Below the pieces are notes generated by a model that ran no database searches, was not told the DNA's origin, and saw nothing but the letters and a program-made list of their open reading frames with translations. The position numbers were made by a program, and so were the translations under genes. Positions 18,527 to 30,743 of a DNA stretch of 64,000 bases are shown piece by piece (within the stretch, counting starts at the first letter, position 1; the number at the start of each line of letters is the position of its first letter). Source of the DNA: an uncultured candidate division Zixibacteria bacterium (GTDB lineage Bacteria; Zixibacteria; MSB-5A5; GN15; FEB-12). The stretch is from NCBI GenBank assembly GCA_963735035.1, contig CAVTJJ010000003.1:256001-320000 (forward strand). The letters are read 5' to 3'.

Positions 18527-18555
18527 AGTATAAGCAGGCCGGCCAAATCTGTCAA
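18527..18555 (-). promoter_or_regulatory. Sigma70-type promoter for the islet operon
   Basis: Minus strand TTGACA-17 nt-TATACT. Confidence 0.65.
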
Positions 18556-18638
18556 GACCACTTTGCGCAATTCCATCCAAGGCGTAGTCACCATGCATGA
18601 AAAATCCCTCGAGGATCTTATCCTCAAGGGATTGAAAT

Positions 18639-18723
18639 TGGTGCGGAAGGGGGGATTTGAACCCCCACGGATTACTCCACTACCCCCTCAAGATAGCGTG
18701 TCTACCAATTCCACCACTTCCGC
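18639..18723 (-). tRNA. tRNA-Leu(GAG)
   Basis: GCGGAAG...CTTCCGC-A-CCA acceptor stem, anticodon loop TT-GAG-GG, long variable arm, GTTCAAATC T-loop. Lies in the usual position after secG. Confidence 0.95.
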
Positions 18724-18744
18724 ATCCATTGTTCGTTGTATTTG

Positions 18745-18815
18745 CGGCAGAACCCCAGAGGGTTCTGCCTTATATGTCTTTCATAATGTCGAAACCGCTG
18801 GGGTTTCGACCTACA
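18745..18815. repeat. REP-like doublet
   Basis: GGCAGAACCC-caga-GGGTTCTGCC and, on the minus strand, GTAG-GTCGAAACC-ccagc-GGTTTCGAC. Confidence 0.65.
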
Positions 18816-18827
18816 AGGCTTGTGTTG

Positions 18828-19277
18828 TTAGTTTCCGCTCTTCTTGGTAGTGTCGCCGAGACCGAGGCTGTCCAGATTGATCGACGGTGTGCCGGACTGG
18901 CGCGCCAGCGAATCCTGCGAGGCGGCTTCCTGCTGACGCTGCATCTGCTCGAGCTGTTGCTCGCGTTCCTGTTGCGCCTGACGCGTTACCGACGATTCAG
19001 CCGGAGCTGTGGTTTGTCCATCGGCTGCCGGAGCAACTCTGTTGCTGGACGACATCAACGCCAAAGCGCCACAGTTAACGAAGAAGACAATGGCCAGCAC
19101 CGTCGTGGCTTTGGAAAGAAACGACGCCGCACCGCGGCCGCCGAACACAGCGTTGGAAACACCGCCGCCGAAAGCCGTGCCACCGGCCAGACCTTCGCCT
19201 TTAGCAGACTGCATCAGCACGACAATGATGAGCGCGACACAGACGAGAACATGAAAAACAACCCAGGGGATAAACAA
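18828..19277 (-). CDS. secG: Preprotein translocase subunit SecG
   Basis: VLMQSAKGEGLAGG..FGG...FLSKAT motif, located between tpiA and tRNA-Leu. Confidence 0.93.
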   Translation of the reverse strand: MFIPWVVFHVLVCVALIIVVLMQSAKGEGLAGGTAFGGGVSNAVFGGRGAASFLSKATTVLAIVFFVNCGALALMSSSNRVAPAADGQTTAPAESSVTRQAQQEREQQLEQMQRQQEAASQDSLARQSGTPSINLDSLGLGDTTKKSGN

Positions 19278-19293
19278 TTGACCAAACCTCCGC

Positions 19294-20043
19294 TTACGCC
19301 GCCTTTATGATCGCGATAAACTCATCGGCCTTCAATGACGCGCCGCCCACGAGGGCGCCGTCAATATCAGGCTGCGACAATAATCCGGCTGCATTTTTCG
19401 CATTGACCGAGCCGCCGTACAGAATAGGTACTGTCTCCGACACAGCGCGGTCGATAGCCGCCAGCTTAGCGCGAACAAAACAATGAACCGCCTCGGCCAT
19501 TTCCGGGGTGGCGGTTCTACCCGTACCTATCGCCCAAACGGGCTCATAGGCAATTACTGTCTTCTTCAATGCGTCGGCCGAAAATCCTGCCAGGACGCCG
19601 TCAATTTGCTTCCCGACAACGGCTTCGGTCCGACTGCCCTCGCGTTCATCCAGCGTTTCGCCGACACAAATAATCGGCGTCAGGCCGGCCGCCAGAGCTT
19701 TTCCGGCTTTGGCATTTATCAACTGATCAGATTCAGCGTGATACTGCCGCCGCTCGGAGTGTCCCAAGATAACGAAGGTGGCCCCGACTGTCAACAGCAT
19801 CGCGGCCGAAATCTCACCTGTAAACGCCCCTTTGTCGTGTTGGCTCATGTCCTGGCCGCCCACCGCGATATGGCTGCCGAGCAGCAGCCTGGAGGCGGTT
19901 GGCAGGGCGGTAAAGGGAGGACAGACAACCACCTGGGCGCGAGAACTCTTACTTTCGCCGGCCAAAAGCGCCCGGATCAGTTGCTCGGTTTCGCCGAGCG
20001 TACCGTTCATTTTCCAGTTGCCGGCGATTATCTTCCGGCGCAT
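19294..20043 (-). CDS. tpiA: Triosephosphate isomerase
   Basis: IAGNWKMN, ILGHSERR, AYEPVWAIGTG and LVGGASL motifs. Confidence 0.98.
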   Translation of the reverse strand: MRRKIIAGNWKMNGTLGETEQLIRALLAGESKSSRAQVVVCPPFTALPTASRLLLGSHIAVGGQDMSQHDKGAFTGEISAAMLLTVGATFVILGHSERRQYHAESDQLINAKAGKALAAGLTPIICVGETLDEREGSRTEAVVGKQIDGVLAGFSADALKKTVIAYEPVWAIGTGRTATPEMAEAVHCFVRAKLAAIDRAVSETVPILYGGSVNAKNAAGLLSQPDIDGALVGGASLKADEFIAIIKAA

Positions 20044-20044
20044 C

Positions 20045-21259
20045 TCAGAGCGCCCCTACGCGAGTCTGGTTGGTCAGCGCCGCGACGCCCGGAAGGTCCT
20101 TGCCTTCGAGGAATTCCAGCGATGCCCCACCGCCGGTGGAAATGTGGCTGAGCCGATCTTCCAGGCCGGACCGCGAGACCGCCGCGGCTGAATCGCCGCC
20201 CCCGACTACGGTCGTGGCGCCGTTGTCGGTCGCCTCGGCCAACATCCGCGCCACCGCGAAAGTCCCTTCGGCAAACGGCGGACACTCGAAAACCCCCATC
20301 GGTCCATTCCAGAGCACGGTCTTGACGTTCGCCAGCGCTTTCGCGAACAGTTTGATCGATTCCGGTCCGATGTCGAGCCCCTTCATGCCTTCGGGGATAT
20401 TCTTGATCGAGACAATACTGGTCTTCGCCTTGGCGTCGATCTCGGACGCTATCACCGCGTCAACCGGGAGCAGGAACTTGACGCCCGACGTTTCCGCTTT
20501 GGTCATGATTTCTCGCGCCATGGATACGCGGTCAGGTTCGAGCAGCGAGTCGCCGATCGAATAGCCGAGCGCCTTGGCGAACGTGAACACCATGCCGCCG
20601 CCGATGATCAGGATATCAACTTTGCTGACCAAATGCTCAACCACCAGGATCTTATCTGAAATCTTCGCGCCACCGAGTATGGCCGCAAACGGCCGCACCG
20701 GTTCCGACAGCGCACCGCCCAGATAATGCAGTTCTTTTTCCATCAGGAAGCCTGCGACCGATTGATCGAAATAGCGCGTGACTCCCTCGGTCGAGGCGTG
20801 CGCCCGATGGGCCGATCCGAAAGCGTCGTTGACATAAATGTCCGCCAACGAAGCCAGTTTCTGAGCAAACTCCGGATTATTCTTCTCTTCCTCGGGATGG
20901 AAGCGAAGGTTCTCCAGAAGAATGACATCGCCCGCTTTCATCCGTCCGACCAGATTGGCCGCTTCCGGACCAATGCAGTCTTCGGCGAAAGTCACCGGTT
21001 TACCCAGTAGTTCCTGAAGCCGTCGCGCCGCCGGACGTAGCGACTGTTTCGGATCGGGGCCTCCCTTGGGACGCCCGAGATGCGAGCAGGCGATTACCGC
21101 ACCGCCGTCGCCGAGGATCTTCCTCAGAGTCGGCAGGGCGGCCTTGATGCGGCGATCGTCGGTGATATTCTGCCGCTCGTCGAGCGGAACATTAAAATCA
21201 ACCCTTACCAGGGCCTTGCGGCCCCGGAAATTGATGTCTGAAACGGTCACTTTGTTCAT
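20045..21259 (-). CDS. pgk: Phosphoglycerate kinase
   Basis: RVDFNVP, LLENLRF, WNGPMGVFE and HISTGGGASLE motifs. ATG at 21259. Confidence 0.98.
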   Translation of the reverse strand: MNKVTVSDINFRGRKALVRVDFNVPLDERQNITDDRRIKAALPTLRKILGDGGAVIACSHLGRPKGGPDPKQSLRPAARRLQELLGKPVTFAEDCIGPEAANLVGRMKAGDVILLENLRFHPEEEKNNPEFAQKLASLADIYVNDAFGSAHRAHASTEGVTRYFDQSVAGFLMEKELHYLGGALSEPVRPFAAILGGAKISDKILVVEHLVSKVDILIIGGGMVFTFAKALGYSIGDSLLEPDRVSMAREIMTKAETSGVKFLLPVDAVIASEIDAKAKTSIVSIKNIPEGMKGLDIGPESIKLFAKALANVKTVLWNGPMGVFECPPFAEGTFAVARMLAEATDNGATTVVGGGDSAAAVSRSGLEDRLSHISTGGGASLEFLEGKDLPGVAALTNQTRVGAL

Positions 21260-21279
21260 CGTTTGTGCCTCAAGAAGTT

Positions 21280-23027
<1,748 letters not shown>

Positions 23028-23168
23028 AGTTATCTTATTCAACATATCAACGTTCGCCAAGTTTCATAGCCGACCCATTCGGCCGGCTCTCCTTTTTGTG
23101 CGCCGACCCTTCGATCGGCATATTCCTACTAATCGGCACCGTTGGCGGCTTAAGCTACCGCCGAAAGG

Positions 23169-24741
23169 CTATTTGCCCGGCTGTTTAGCACCGTAGAATA
23201 TCAACCGCTGGGAGCGGTAGTCAAATAGAACTCGAAACTGGCTGAGAACCATATTCCCAATATTTCCAGCCAGTTCTACAGAGCCGGCAAGGCCGCTGCC
23301 GCTATCGGGAAGCAATACCCGAAGGTCGGATATACGAATGTCGCCGAACGCAAACGAAGCGGCATAGGCCGATTTACCACTGAGACCTCCGCCCACCCCG
23401 CCAATCTCGTGAGGGAGGTCCTGAATATCGCTCAATTTCGCAAGCAAATCGTGGGTACGGCTGAATTCCCGGTTCACGATCAAACCAAAAGCGTTTCCGA
23501 GATCGACCAGATACAATCCAGGCAGACCGTTCAACTCCGCCTTCACAGTCGGTACCTGCAGGGTAAGGTCGAACGGAACCTCAATACCCCCCAGGGGTGG
23601 CTGGAAACGATCCGGGTTATAGACCGTCAGAGAATTGGACGCGTAGTCGACCAACACGGGGAAACGTGAAAGAAAATCGTATCCAAGGAGCCCCCCGAAC
23701 GGAAGATCTTCGGCTGAACGCTTACTCCCTACCAGCGACAAATCCATCACCCCACCGACTTGAGAGAGCAACACCAGGCCGCCGATGACCAGTGAGTCGG
23801 TTTGAATCAGGTCAACCTTCTCGTAGCCTGCCACACCGATTGCCGGCAAATTTCCTACGACCGCGAGGTTCAGCCCCTCAATCGACGGACGGTGGAACAG
23901 ATTGGCTGAGGCGCCGGAGTCTAGCAGAGAAGCGTAACGGTCGTCCATTGACTGACGCTGTGAAATAGATATGTCCCGCGACCATCTGGAATGGCACCGT
24001 CACCGAATCGGCTCCGGCCGGGAAACGATAATCGACGGCCGACGCCGGACGGGCGAAGCGGCTCGAATCAATCGGCCGGTCAAAAATGACGCTGTCCATG
24101 GTCACGGTCATGTCGGTTTCGGCGGCCTGCGCAACGGCATGCGAAGTCATCGCCATCAGCACGCCCTGGACAAATTGATGCTCGCTGTACTCGGTCTTGA
24201 CTTCGAGGTTGTCCATATAGGACACGTCAAAGAGCTGGTGCCCGTCGGCGGTATCGAAATAAGAATACACCGTATCCGTGAACAATGGGCTGAATGATAC
24301 TTTGTGGCACACGATGCTATCGTGGGTCTCCAGGCCGAGATACTCTTTTCCGCCCGGTAGACGGTCGGGAAAGAGATACGAGTAGGTCTGGAAGTACACC
24401 TGGCTGAGCAGAGAGCGCTTCTCGTGCCCGCTCAGAAAGCTGATCTGGCCGTTTTGGTCTCTCTGCCAGGCGTCAGTGCCGTCGAACACTTGCATAAGCG
24501 CAAAAGGTCCGAGTCGCAGTTCGACACACAGTCGGTTCGGCATCGCAACCCAGATTTCCATCGTCCCCGGCATCCCGCTCAGGTTGGCGTTACCGGACGC
24601 GTACATCGTCTTGACCGAGCGCAGTTTCTCCAGGGCGGCAGGCCCACCCACCGATTGGATCAGAAGTGAATCGAGATTGAAAGCAAAGCCGGATCCGGCT
24701 ACCGCCGTCAGCAGGATCGTAACCAATAGGAAACGTCGCAT
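23169..24741 (-). pseudogene. Secreted double retropepsin-like aspartyl protease, frameshifted near 23928
   Basis: Removing one base at ~23928 joins ORFs 23878..24741 and 23169..23948 into VNGRPLRFLLDSGAS. Second half-site LVDLGNA, plus GLLGYDFL and GNIGNMVL. Confidence 0.75.
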
Positions 24742-24769
24742 AGATTAGCTCCTCGAACGCGGGAACTCG

Positions 24770-25990
24770 TCAGTATTCCTGCCAATGGTAGTCGGCTGAG
24801 ATTATCAAGCCGATGAGCGTCCAGAACAGTATCAAGGCCGTGCCACCGTAGCTCACAAACGGCAAGGCCAGACCGGTGACCGGCATCAGGCTGAGAGTCA
24901 TGCCAATATTGACGAAGAACTGAAACATGATGATCCCGGTCGCACCCATCACTACGTTGGAAGCGAATCGGGAACGACATCGTCCGGCTATCTTGATGGC
25001 CCGATAGAACACGTAGCAGAACAGGCCCATCACAATGACGGCTCCGAGCATGCCGAATTCCTCGCCGAGCACCGAGAAAATGAAATCGGTATGGCGTTCG
25101 GGCAGGAAATCGAGTCGCGACTGGGAACCGTTCATCAGCCCCTTGCCGAAAATCCCCCCCGAACCAATAGCAATCTTCGACTGAATAATCTGGTATCCGG
25201 CGCCGCGTGGATCGCGACCGGGATCGAGGAACGTCAGGATGCGGAGTTTCTGGTAATCGGCAAGACGGTTCCACAGCAGGGGTGTTATTCCCCCTACTAC
25301 CAGATTCAAGACGATCAATGAAATTCCAGACACCAGACCCGGACGAAGCACCAGCACAATCGCCAGCAACAAGATTATATACAGCCCCCAGGCCACCCAG
25401 TGTGACGCCGCCACCAGTGATATAATCGGCGATACAATCAGGAAGAGATATCCTATCGAGAATCCGGACCAGAACCAGAGTACGAACAGCAGAACGAAGA
25501 AGACCAGCGACGTCCCCATGTCGGGTTGTTTCAGAATCAGGGCCGCCGGAATGAGAGTCAGAATCGCTGAGATGGAGAAGCGTCGCTTTGAATTGGCCGC
25601 GAGTCGTGTGTAGGCAAAGAATCGACTGAGGGTCAAAAGAAGCGCAATCTTGGCCACATCCGACGGGGCCAGATTGACCGGGCCGAAGGCGAAAAAACGC
25701 CGGGCATCACTCAGTTTTGAATGTCCAAAGATCAGCACGGCGACCAGCAGCACAATGGCTAAACCGTAAAGCAAGTAAGCACTGACGTCAAAAAGGCGGA
25801 CCGGCAAGTGAATTACTACGGCGAAGACACTGAGTGCGAAGAGCAGCCAGACCATTTGACGGACGTAGTAGTATTTTTCGTACCCGTTGTCGGCGTAGTG
25901 CTGGGCCGACATAACCATGATGATGCCGATAACCGAGAGCGCCAATACGGCGCCGATCAATTTCCAGTCGAGCTGTCCGTAATTAAGCAT
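24770..25990 (-). CDS. rodA: Rod shape-determining SEDS protein RodA
   Basis: KQPDMGT, FLPERHTDFIF and LPFVSYGG motifs. Confidence 0.96.
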   Translation of the reverse strand: MLNYGQLDWKLIGAVLALSVIGIIMVMSAQHYADNGYEKYYYVRQMVWLLFALSVFAVVIHLPVRLFDVSAYLLYGLAIVLLVAVLIFGHSKLSDARRFFAFGPVNLAPSDVAKIALLLTLSRFFAYTRLAANSKRRFSISAILTLIPAALILKQPDMGTSLVFFVLLFVLWFWSGFSIGYLFLIVSPIISLVAASHWVAWGLYIILLLAIVLVLRPGLVSGISLIVLNLVVGGITPLLWNRLADYQKLRILTFLDPGRDPRGAGYQIIQSKIAIGSGGIFGKGLMNGSQSRLDFLPERHTDFIFSVLGEEFGMLGAVIVMGLFCYVFYRAIKIAGRCRSRFASNVVMGATGIIMFQFFVNIGMTLSLMPVTGLALPFVSYGGTALILFWTLIGLIISADYHWQEY

Positions 25991-27798
25991 TACTTGCGCT
26001 CCTCGACTGCAGCGATGACCTTCCCACCCGCCTTCTTCGTCATGTAGGCTTCGATAATCTTCCCTACTACCGGCGCGGCGACAGTCGAGCCGTGACCGGC
26101 GTTTTCGACGATGGCGCAGACTACGATTTCCGGAGACTCAAGCGGGGCAATACCCACAAACAGCGAGTGATCTTCGCCGTGCGGGTTCTGCGCCGTGCCG
26201 GTCTTCCCGCCGACAGTGAATCCCATATGGCTGAGCGAGCGGGCCGTACCGCGATCCCCCATCACGACCAGACGAAGCCCCTCGATCAGAGTAGACATCG
26301 TTTCCTGCGAGAACGGCAACACAAACGAGCGGGTAGGCTGGATCACTTGGCGTCGGCCATCGGAATAAGTAACGGCCCGTACCAGGTGCGGTTTGAAGAC
26401 CGGCCCCCGATTGGCCAGACCACAAAAGAACTGGGTCAACTGCAGCGGCGTCACCAGGATTTCACCCTGACCTATCGAGTTATTCAATACCAATGCCTGG
26501 GTCCACCCCCGCTTGCCGTAACGCTTGTCATAATATTCGCTGTTGGGATTATTCCCGGACATTTCACCTGCGATTTCAATTCCGGTAGGCTTGCCAAAAC
26601 CACACAAATCGTAATATTTGCTCAGAACGTCGACGCCCAGTTTCAGACCGAGCTGATACATGTAGATATCACAGGACTGTTCGATAGCGTGGACGGCGGT
26701 GAGAGCGCCATGCCCTTTCAAATCCCAGCAATGAAAGATCCGGTTCCCGAACCGATAGCCGCCGGTGCAGGCATGGAAAGTAGTCAGGGGGGTAATGACT
26801 CGCTCTTCAAGACCGGCGCCGACCGTCAAGAGCTTGGCCGTTGAACCGGGCGGGTACAACCCGGTCAGAGGACGATTCAGAAGCGGGTGAGTAATGTCGG
26901 TTGACATGCGCTGCCAGGTCGTGTCCGGAATAACTCCGGAGAAGATATTCGCATCCCAGCTCGGATACGAAGTCATGGCCAGGATTTCGCCGTTGCGCGG
27001 ATCGATCGCTATCACGGCGCCGCAACAGAACGAATCCAATGCCAGAAGGCTGGCCCGCTGAAGATCCATATCGAGGGTCAAGTGCAGATCGGCCCCTGGC
27101 ACGGGATCTACCCGCGGACGGCCTTCGTAGGCGCCCAGCACCTGACCTGAAGCGAAAACTTCGATAAACTCGGTTCCTTCGACGCCGCGCAATTGCTGAT
27201 CGTAGGTCTTCTCCAGACCTTTCTTGCCAACTACCGAACCGAGCCTCAGCCCGGAAGATTTGTTCTGGTCGAGTTCCTCGCGTGAAACCTCGCTGACGTT
27301 ACCGGTGGCGCATTCGGCGCCGGTAATTTCGGCGTACTTGCGGACCCGCTCCATTTGATATGTGACTCCGGGAAAGCGGTCGTGCTGTTCTTCAAGTACC
27401 GCCACGACCTCAAACGGGATATCGCGGAAAACCGGAGCGGGCTGAAACCGGCTGATCGTGTTCTTGGTCATGCGGCGACGGATCTCAAGGGTATCGGTCT
27501 TGAGCAACCCCGCCAGGTTGAGCAGTGTCAGATGGGGTACTTCTTCGGAGGGTATTACCGAGACTGTGTACGACGCCCTGGTATCGACCATGATGCGGCC
27601 ATCCCGATCAAACAGCGTTCCACGCCGGGGAACAATCGGAACAACTCTGATACGGTTGTTTTCGGATTGTTCGGCCAGATCGTCGTGCTGAAACACTTGA
27701 AGGCGAAACAGTCCCGCCAATAGAAAAAGAAATATCAGGACGACGCTCGCCAGAGCAGCCGTTTCGCGTCCGGACATTGACAGGTTAAGGCGTTCCAT
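25990..27798 (-). CDS. mrdA: Penicillin-binding protein 2
   Basis: PPGSTAK (SxxK), SCD and GKTGTAQ motifs, between mreD and rodA. Confidence 0.96.
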   Translation of the reverse strand: MERLNLSMSGRETAALASVVLIFLFLLAGLFRLQVFQHDDLAEQSENNRIRVVPIVPRRGTLFDRDGRIMVDTRASYTVSVIPSEEVPHLTLLNLAGLLKTDTLEIRRRMTKNTISRFQPAPVFRDIPFEVVAVLEEQHDRFPGVTYQMERVRKYAEITGAECATGNVSEVSREELDQNKSSGLRLGSVVGKKGLEKTYDQQLRGVEGTEFIEVFASGQVLGAYEGRPRVDPVPGADLHLTLDMDLQRASLLALDSFCCGAVIAIDPRNGEILAMTSYPSWDANIFSGVIPDTTWQRMSTDITHPLLNRPLTGLYPPGSTAKLLTVGAGLEERVITPLTTFHACTGGYRFGNRIFHCWDLKGHGALTAVHAIEQSCDIYMYQLGLKLGVDVLSKYYDLCGFGKPTGIEIAGEMSGNNPNSEYYDKRYGKRGWTQALVLNNSIGQGEILVTPLQLTQFFCGLANRGPVFKPHLVRAVTYSDGRRQVIQPTRSFVLPFSQETMSTLIEGLRLVVMGDRGTARSLSHMGFTVGGKTGTAQNPHGEDHSLFVGIAPLESPEIVVCAIVENAGHGSTVAAPVVGKIIEAYMTKKAGGKVIAAVEERK

Positions 27799-27806
27799 AT
27801 CGCTGC

Positions 27807-28295
27807 TCAGAATATCGTCTTAATTCGCTTGATCGTAAGCACTCGTTCTTTAACGAGGAAGAACATCCAGGCCAGCACTGAAGTATAAACGGCCCCGGCG
27901 AGGACGTAGGTGACCAGATTCAGCAGGAACCCGTCGGCCCGGCTAACCAGCAAGACCGCGGTGTTGTGCACCAGAATACCGGCGATAACCAGAAGAAGTT
28001 TGGCCCGAAGTGATTCGAGGTTCATGCGGTCTCTGATCTGGCAGGCAACCAGAGCCAGCGCCGCCATAATCAATCCCTGCAGTCCGAGTTGCGACGGCGG
28101 CCCACCAGCGAACGCGACCAGGCCGGCTACGAATCCAAACCAGGTGGCCGGGATGTCGTCTTTGTAGATGGCAACCATCATCACAACCAGCGCCGGAACG
28201 TTCATAGACGCCGTGTAGATATCGGTGGCGGTTTGCAGGATCACCACGTGAAAGGCGATCAGAACCAGATAGATCAAATAGGGGATGACTTTCAC
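27807..28295 (-). CDS. mreD: Rod shape-determining protein MreD
   Basis: Small polytopic membrane protein between mreC and mrdA. Confidence 0.8.
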   Translation of the reverse strand: MKVIPYLIYLVLIAFHVVILQTATDIYTASMNVPALVVMMVAIYKDDIPATWFGFVAGLVAFAGGPPSQLGLQGLIMAALALVACQIRDRMNLESLRAKLLLVIAGILVHNTAVLLVSRADGFLLNLVTYVLAGAVYTSVLAWMFFLVKERVLTIKRIKTIF

Positions 28296-29083
28296 TGCCG
28301 ACGCTCCCGGAGCACAAACAATTCCTCTAACGAGTTGAAATTGGCGGCGGGATCGATCTGCACCCGGCAGAAGGTCTCCTCCGCCGGACGTTCAACTTCA
28401 CGCACCGTGCCTATCACCAGACCGGCGGGATAGGTTCCACCGAGACCGCTGGACAATACTTGGTAGCCCACCTCTATCTTTCCAAGTATCGGAAAGTTGT
28501 CCAGAATCATCCCTTCGTGCGTGCGATATCGGACGATTCCCATCTCCCTGCTTTCGGCAACGCGTGCCGCCACTCTATGCGTGGGATTGGTCAAGAGTTC
28601 GATTGTGGCTACAACTTCCATCGATGAAACGACTTTGCCAACCAGGCCGTCCTGATTTATCACGGGCATACCCGGTACGACGCCGTCCCGGGTTCCCCTG
28701 TTTATAACCGCAGATAGCGGCGCCACAGTTCCAGTGATAGAAACAACTTTGGCCGGCAGGAGCTCGTAACCGGGAGGCGGCTCGAAATTCAGCACGCTCC
28801 GCAGGCGGACATTTTCGCGCTGAATTTCGTTGAGGTTGGACAGGCGCAGGGTCGCCTCACGCAGAAGCAACTGGAGCCGTTCGTTTTCGGCCTTGACCCC
28901 CATCGTATTGGCCACGCTGGTCTTAACCCTGGCAAAGGGGTAATACAGAATAGTGGCTACGGCCCCGCCGACTACCGGCGCGAGTTGCGCCTGACCGACA
29001 ATCAGTCCGACAGCCAGAATGCACACGGCGACGAAATTGAGCGTGCGCACATAGCTTGAGACCAGGTTTGAAATCCATTTCAT
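28292..29083 (-). CDS. mreC: Rod shape-determining protein MreC
   Basis: ENERL/ENVRLR coiled coil, GLVGKV and SSGLGGTYPAGLVIG motifs. Confidence 0.93.
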   Translation of the reverse strand: MKWISNLVSSYVRTLNFVAVCILAVGLIVGQAQLAPVVGGAVATILYYPFARVKTSVANTMGVKAENERLQLLLREATLRLSNLNEIQRENVRLRSVLNFEPPPGYELLPAKVVSITGTVAPLSAVINRGTRDGVVPGMPVINQDGLVGKVVSSMEVVATIELLTNPTHRVAARVAESREMGIVRYRTHEGMILDNFPILGKIEVGYQVLSSGLGGTYPAGLVIGTVREVERPAEETFCRVQIDPAANFNSLEELFVLRERRQ

Positions 29084-29110
29084 GCGCTAAGTCGTTCCTA
29101 GTCTGAAGCG

Positions 29111-29563
29111 TTAGTCGATCTTGTCGATGAGCGCAAGTACGTCTCCCGGCGAAGTGGCTTCCATGAGTTTCTGACGGTTCTCGGGTGATTTCATGAGAAA
29201 CGAAAGGCGCGCCATGACATTCAGATGGGCGCCGATGGCGTCTTCCGGCGCGGCGATCAGGAAGAAGAGATGAACCGGCTTGTGGTCCATGGCGTCAAAA
29301 TCGATACCCCGGTCGTTGCGTCCGAAAGCGATCACGATACCCTTGACCGAACGGGTCTTGGCGTGCGGGAAAGCTACCCCATAGCCGACCCCGGTCGTCA
29401 CGAGCTCTTCCCGCTCCTTGACATCCTGCATCAGGCGATCATGATCCTTGACCATGGTGGAAGTACACGCAAGTTCCACCAACTCTTCAATTGAAGCCTC
29501 CTTGGTGGTCGCCTTCATATTGAAAACTACGAGGCTTTCTTCGCAGAATTTTGACAGTTTCAT
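29111..29563 (-). CDS. ptsN: PTS EIIA (Ntr/fructose-type) component
   Basis: REELVTTGVGYGVAFPH and FDAMDHKPV motifs. ATG at 29563. Confidence 0.85.
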   Translation of the reverse strand: MKLSKFCEESLVVFNMKATTKEASIEELVELACTSTMVKDHDRLMQDVKEREELVTTGVGYGVAFPHAKTRSVKGIVIAFGRNDRGIDFDAMDHKPVHLFFLIAAPEDAIGAHLNVMARLSFLMKSPENRQKLMEATSPGDVLALIDKID

Positions 29564-29574
29564 CAGTGCATCCC

Positions 29575-29745
29575 TTATTTCAATTTCTCTGCTTCGTCCA
29601 GCATAAGAACCGGGATGTCGTCGGCCACGCGAAAGGCCAGGCGGCAATTACGACATTCCAGACGGTTCCGTTCGGGGAGGTAGTTGAGTATCCCGTGACA
29701 CTGGGGGCAGGCGAGTTTATCTACGAGTTTATCCGGCAGCGTCAT
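29575..29745 (-). CDS. Trm112/YcaR family protein (56 aa), missed by the ORF track
   Basis: Translated by hand: MTLPDKLVDKLACPQCHGILNYLPERNRLECRNCRLAFRVADDIPVLMLDEAEKLK. Start overlaps the accA stop. Confidence 0.9.
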   Translation of the reverse strand: MTLPDKLVDKLACPQCHGILNYLPERNRLECRNCRLAFRVADDIPVLMLDEAEKLK

Positions 29746-30716
29746 TATCGCACCTTGTATTCACCCATGGCGCGGAACTTCAACAGACGCTCTTCGAGAA
29801 GTTCCGCCACCGGTTTGTCTTTCAACTGGACCAGGGCCGCCAGGACATCGATCTTGACCAGACGGGCCGATTCGGCCGGGTCGTTGTGAGCGCCGCTCGG
29901 CGGCTCAGGAACAATTTTGTCGACCACGCCCAGACGGAGTAGAGTTTCGGCGGTCGGTTTCAGCGCCTCGGCAGCTTCGGGTCCTTTGGCCGAGTCGCGC
30001 CAGAGAATGGCGGCACACGCTTCGGGAGATATCACCGAGTACCAGGCATATTCGAGAACGAAGATTCTATCACCGATGCCGATACCCAGCGCGCCGCCCG
30101 AAGCACCTTCACCGAGTATGACTATGACAATCGGCACTTTGATCGTAAACATGGCGCGAAGATTCTCGGCAATGGCCCACGCCTGACCGCGCTCTTCGGC
30201 GCCGATGCCCGGATAAGCGCCCGGAGTATCGATGAGAATTAGTATCGGGACGCCGAACTTTTCGGCGAGATGAAACAGCCTGAGCGCCTTGCGATATCCT
30301 TCGGGGTTGGCCATGCCAAAATTGCGGCGCAGCTTGTCCTTGGTGTCACGCCCTTTTTCTTGGGCGACGATCATCACCTTGGTCCCGTCGAGTTTCGCAA
30401 AACCGCCGACCATGGCATGATCATCAGAGAAACAACGATCGCCGTGCAACTCGACAAAATCGGTTGTCATAAGCTTGATGAAATCGAGCGAATGCGGCCG
30501 GCGCGGATGACGGGAGAGCTGGACGCGCTGCCAGCGAGTGAGTGACGAATAGATCTCGCTGCGGAGCTGGTCGAGCTTCTCGCGCATCGAACGAATCTCG
30601 GTATCAAGCTGGACGCCTCCGCCTCCGGAGAAATCCTTCATGTCGGAAATCTTCTTTTCCAGCTCGACTATCGGCCGTTCAAAATCGAGATACTGATGTC
30701 CCTCAGCCATGCTCAC
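29745..30716 (-). CDS. accA: Acetyl-CoA carboxylase carboxyltransferase alpha subunit
   Basis: LDFERPI, ELHGDR, DTPGAYPG and YSVISPE motifs. Confidence 0.97.
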   Translation of the reverse strand: MSMAEGHQYLDFERPIVELEKKISDMKDFSGGGGVQLDTEIRSMREKLDQLRSEIYSSLTRWQRVQLSRHPRRPHSLDFIKLMTTDFVELHGDRCFSDDHAMVGGFAKLDGTKVMIVAQEKGRDTKDKLRRNFGMANPEGYRKALRLFHLAEKFGVPILILIDTPGAYPGIGAEERGQAWAIAENLRAMFTIKVPIVIVILGEGASGGALGIGIGDRIFVLEYAWYSVISPEACAAILWRDSAKGPEAAEALKPTAETLLRLGVVDKIVPEPPSGAHNDPAESARLVKIDVLAALVQLKDKPVAELLEERLLKFRAMGEYKVR

Positions 30717-30743
30717 CGTCTCGCAACAATTACCGGTTCAGTT

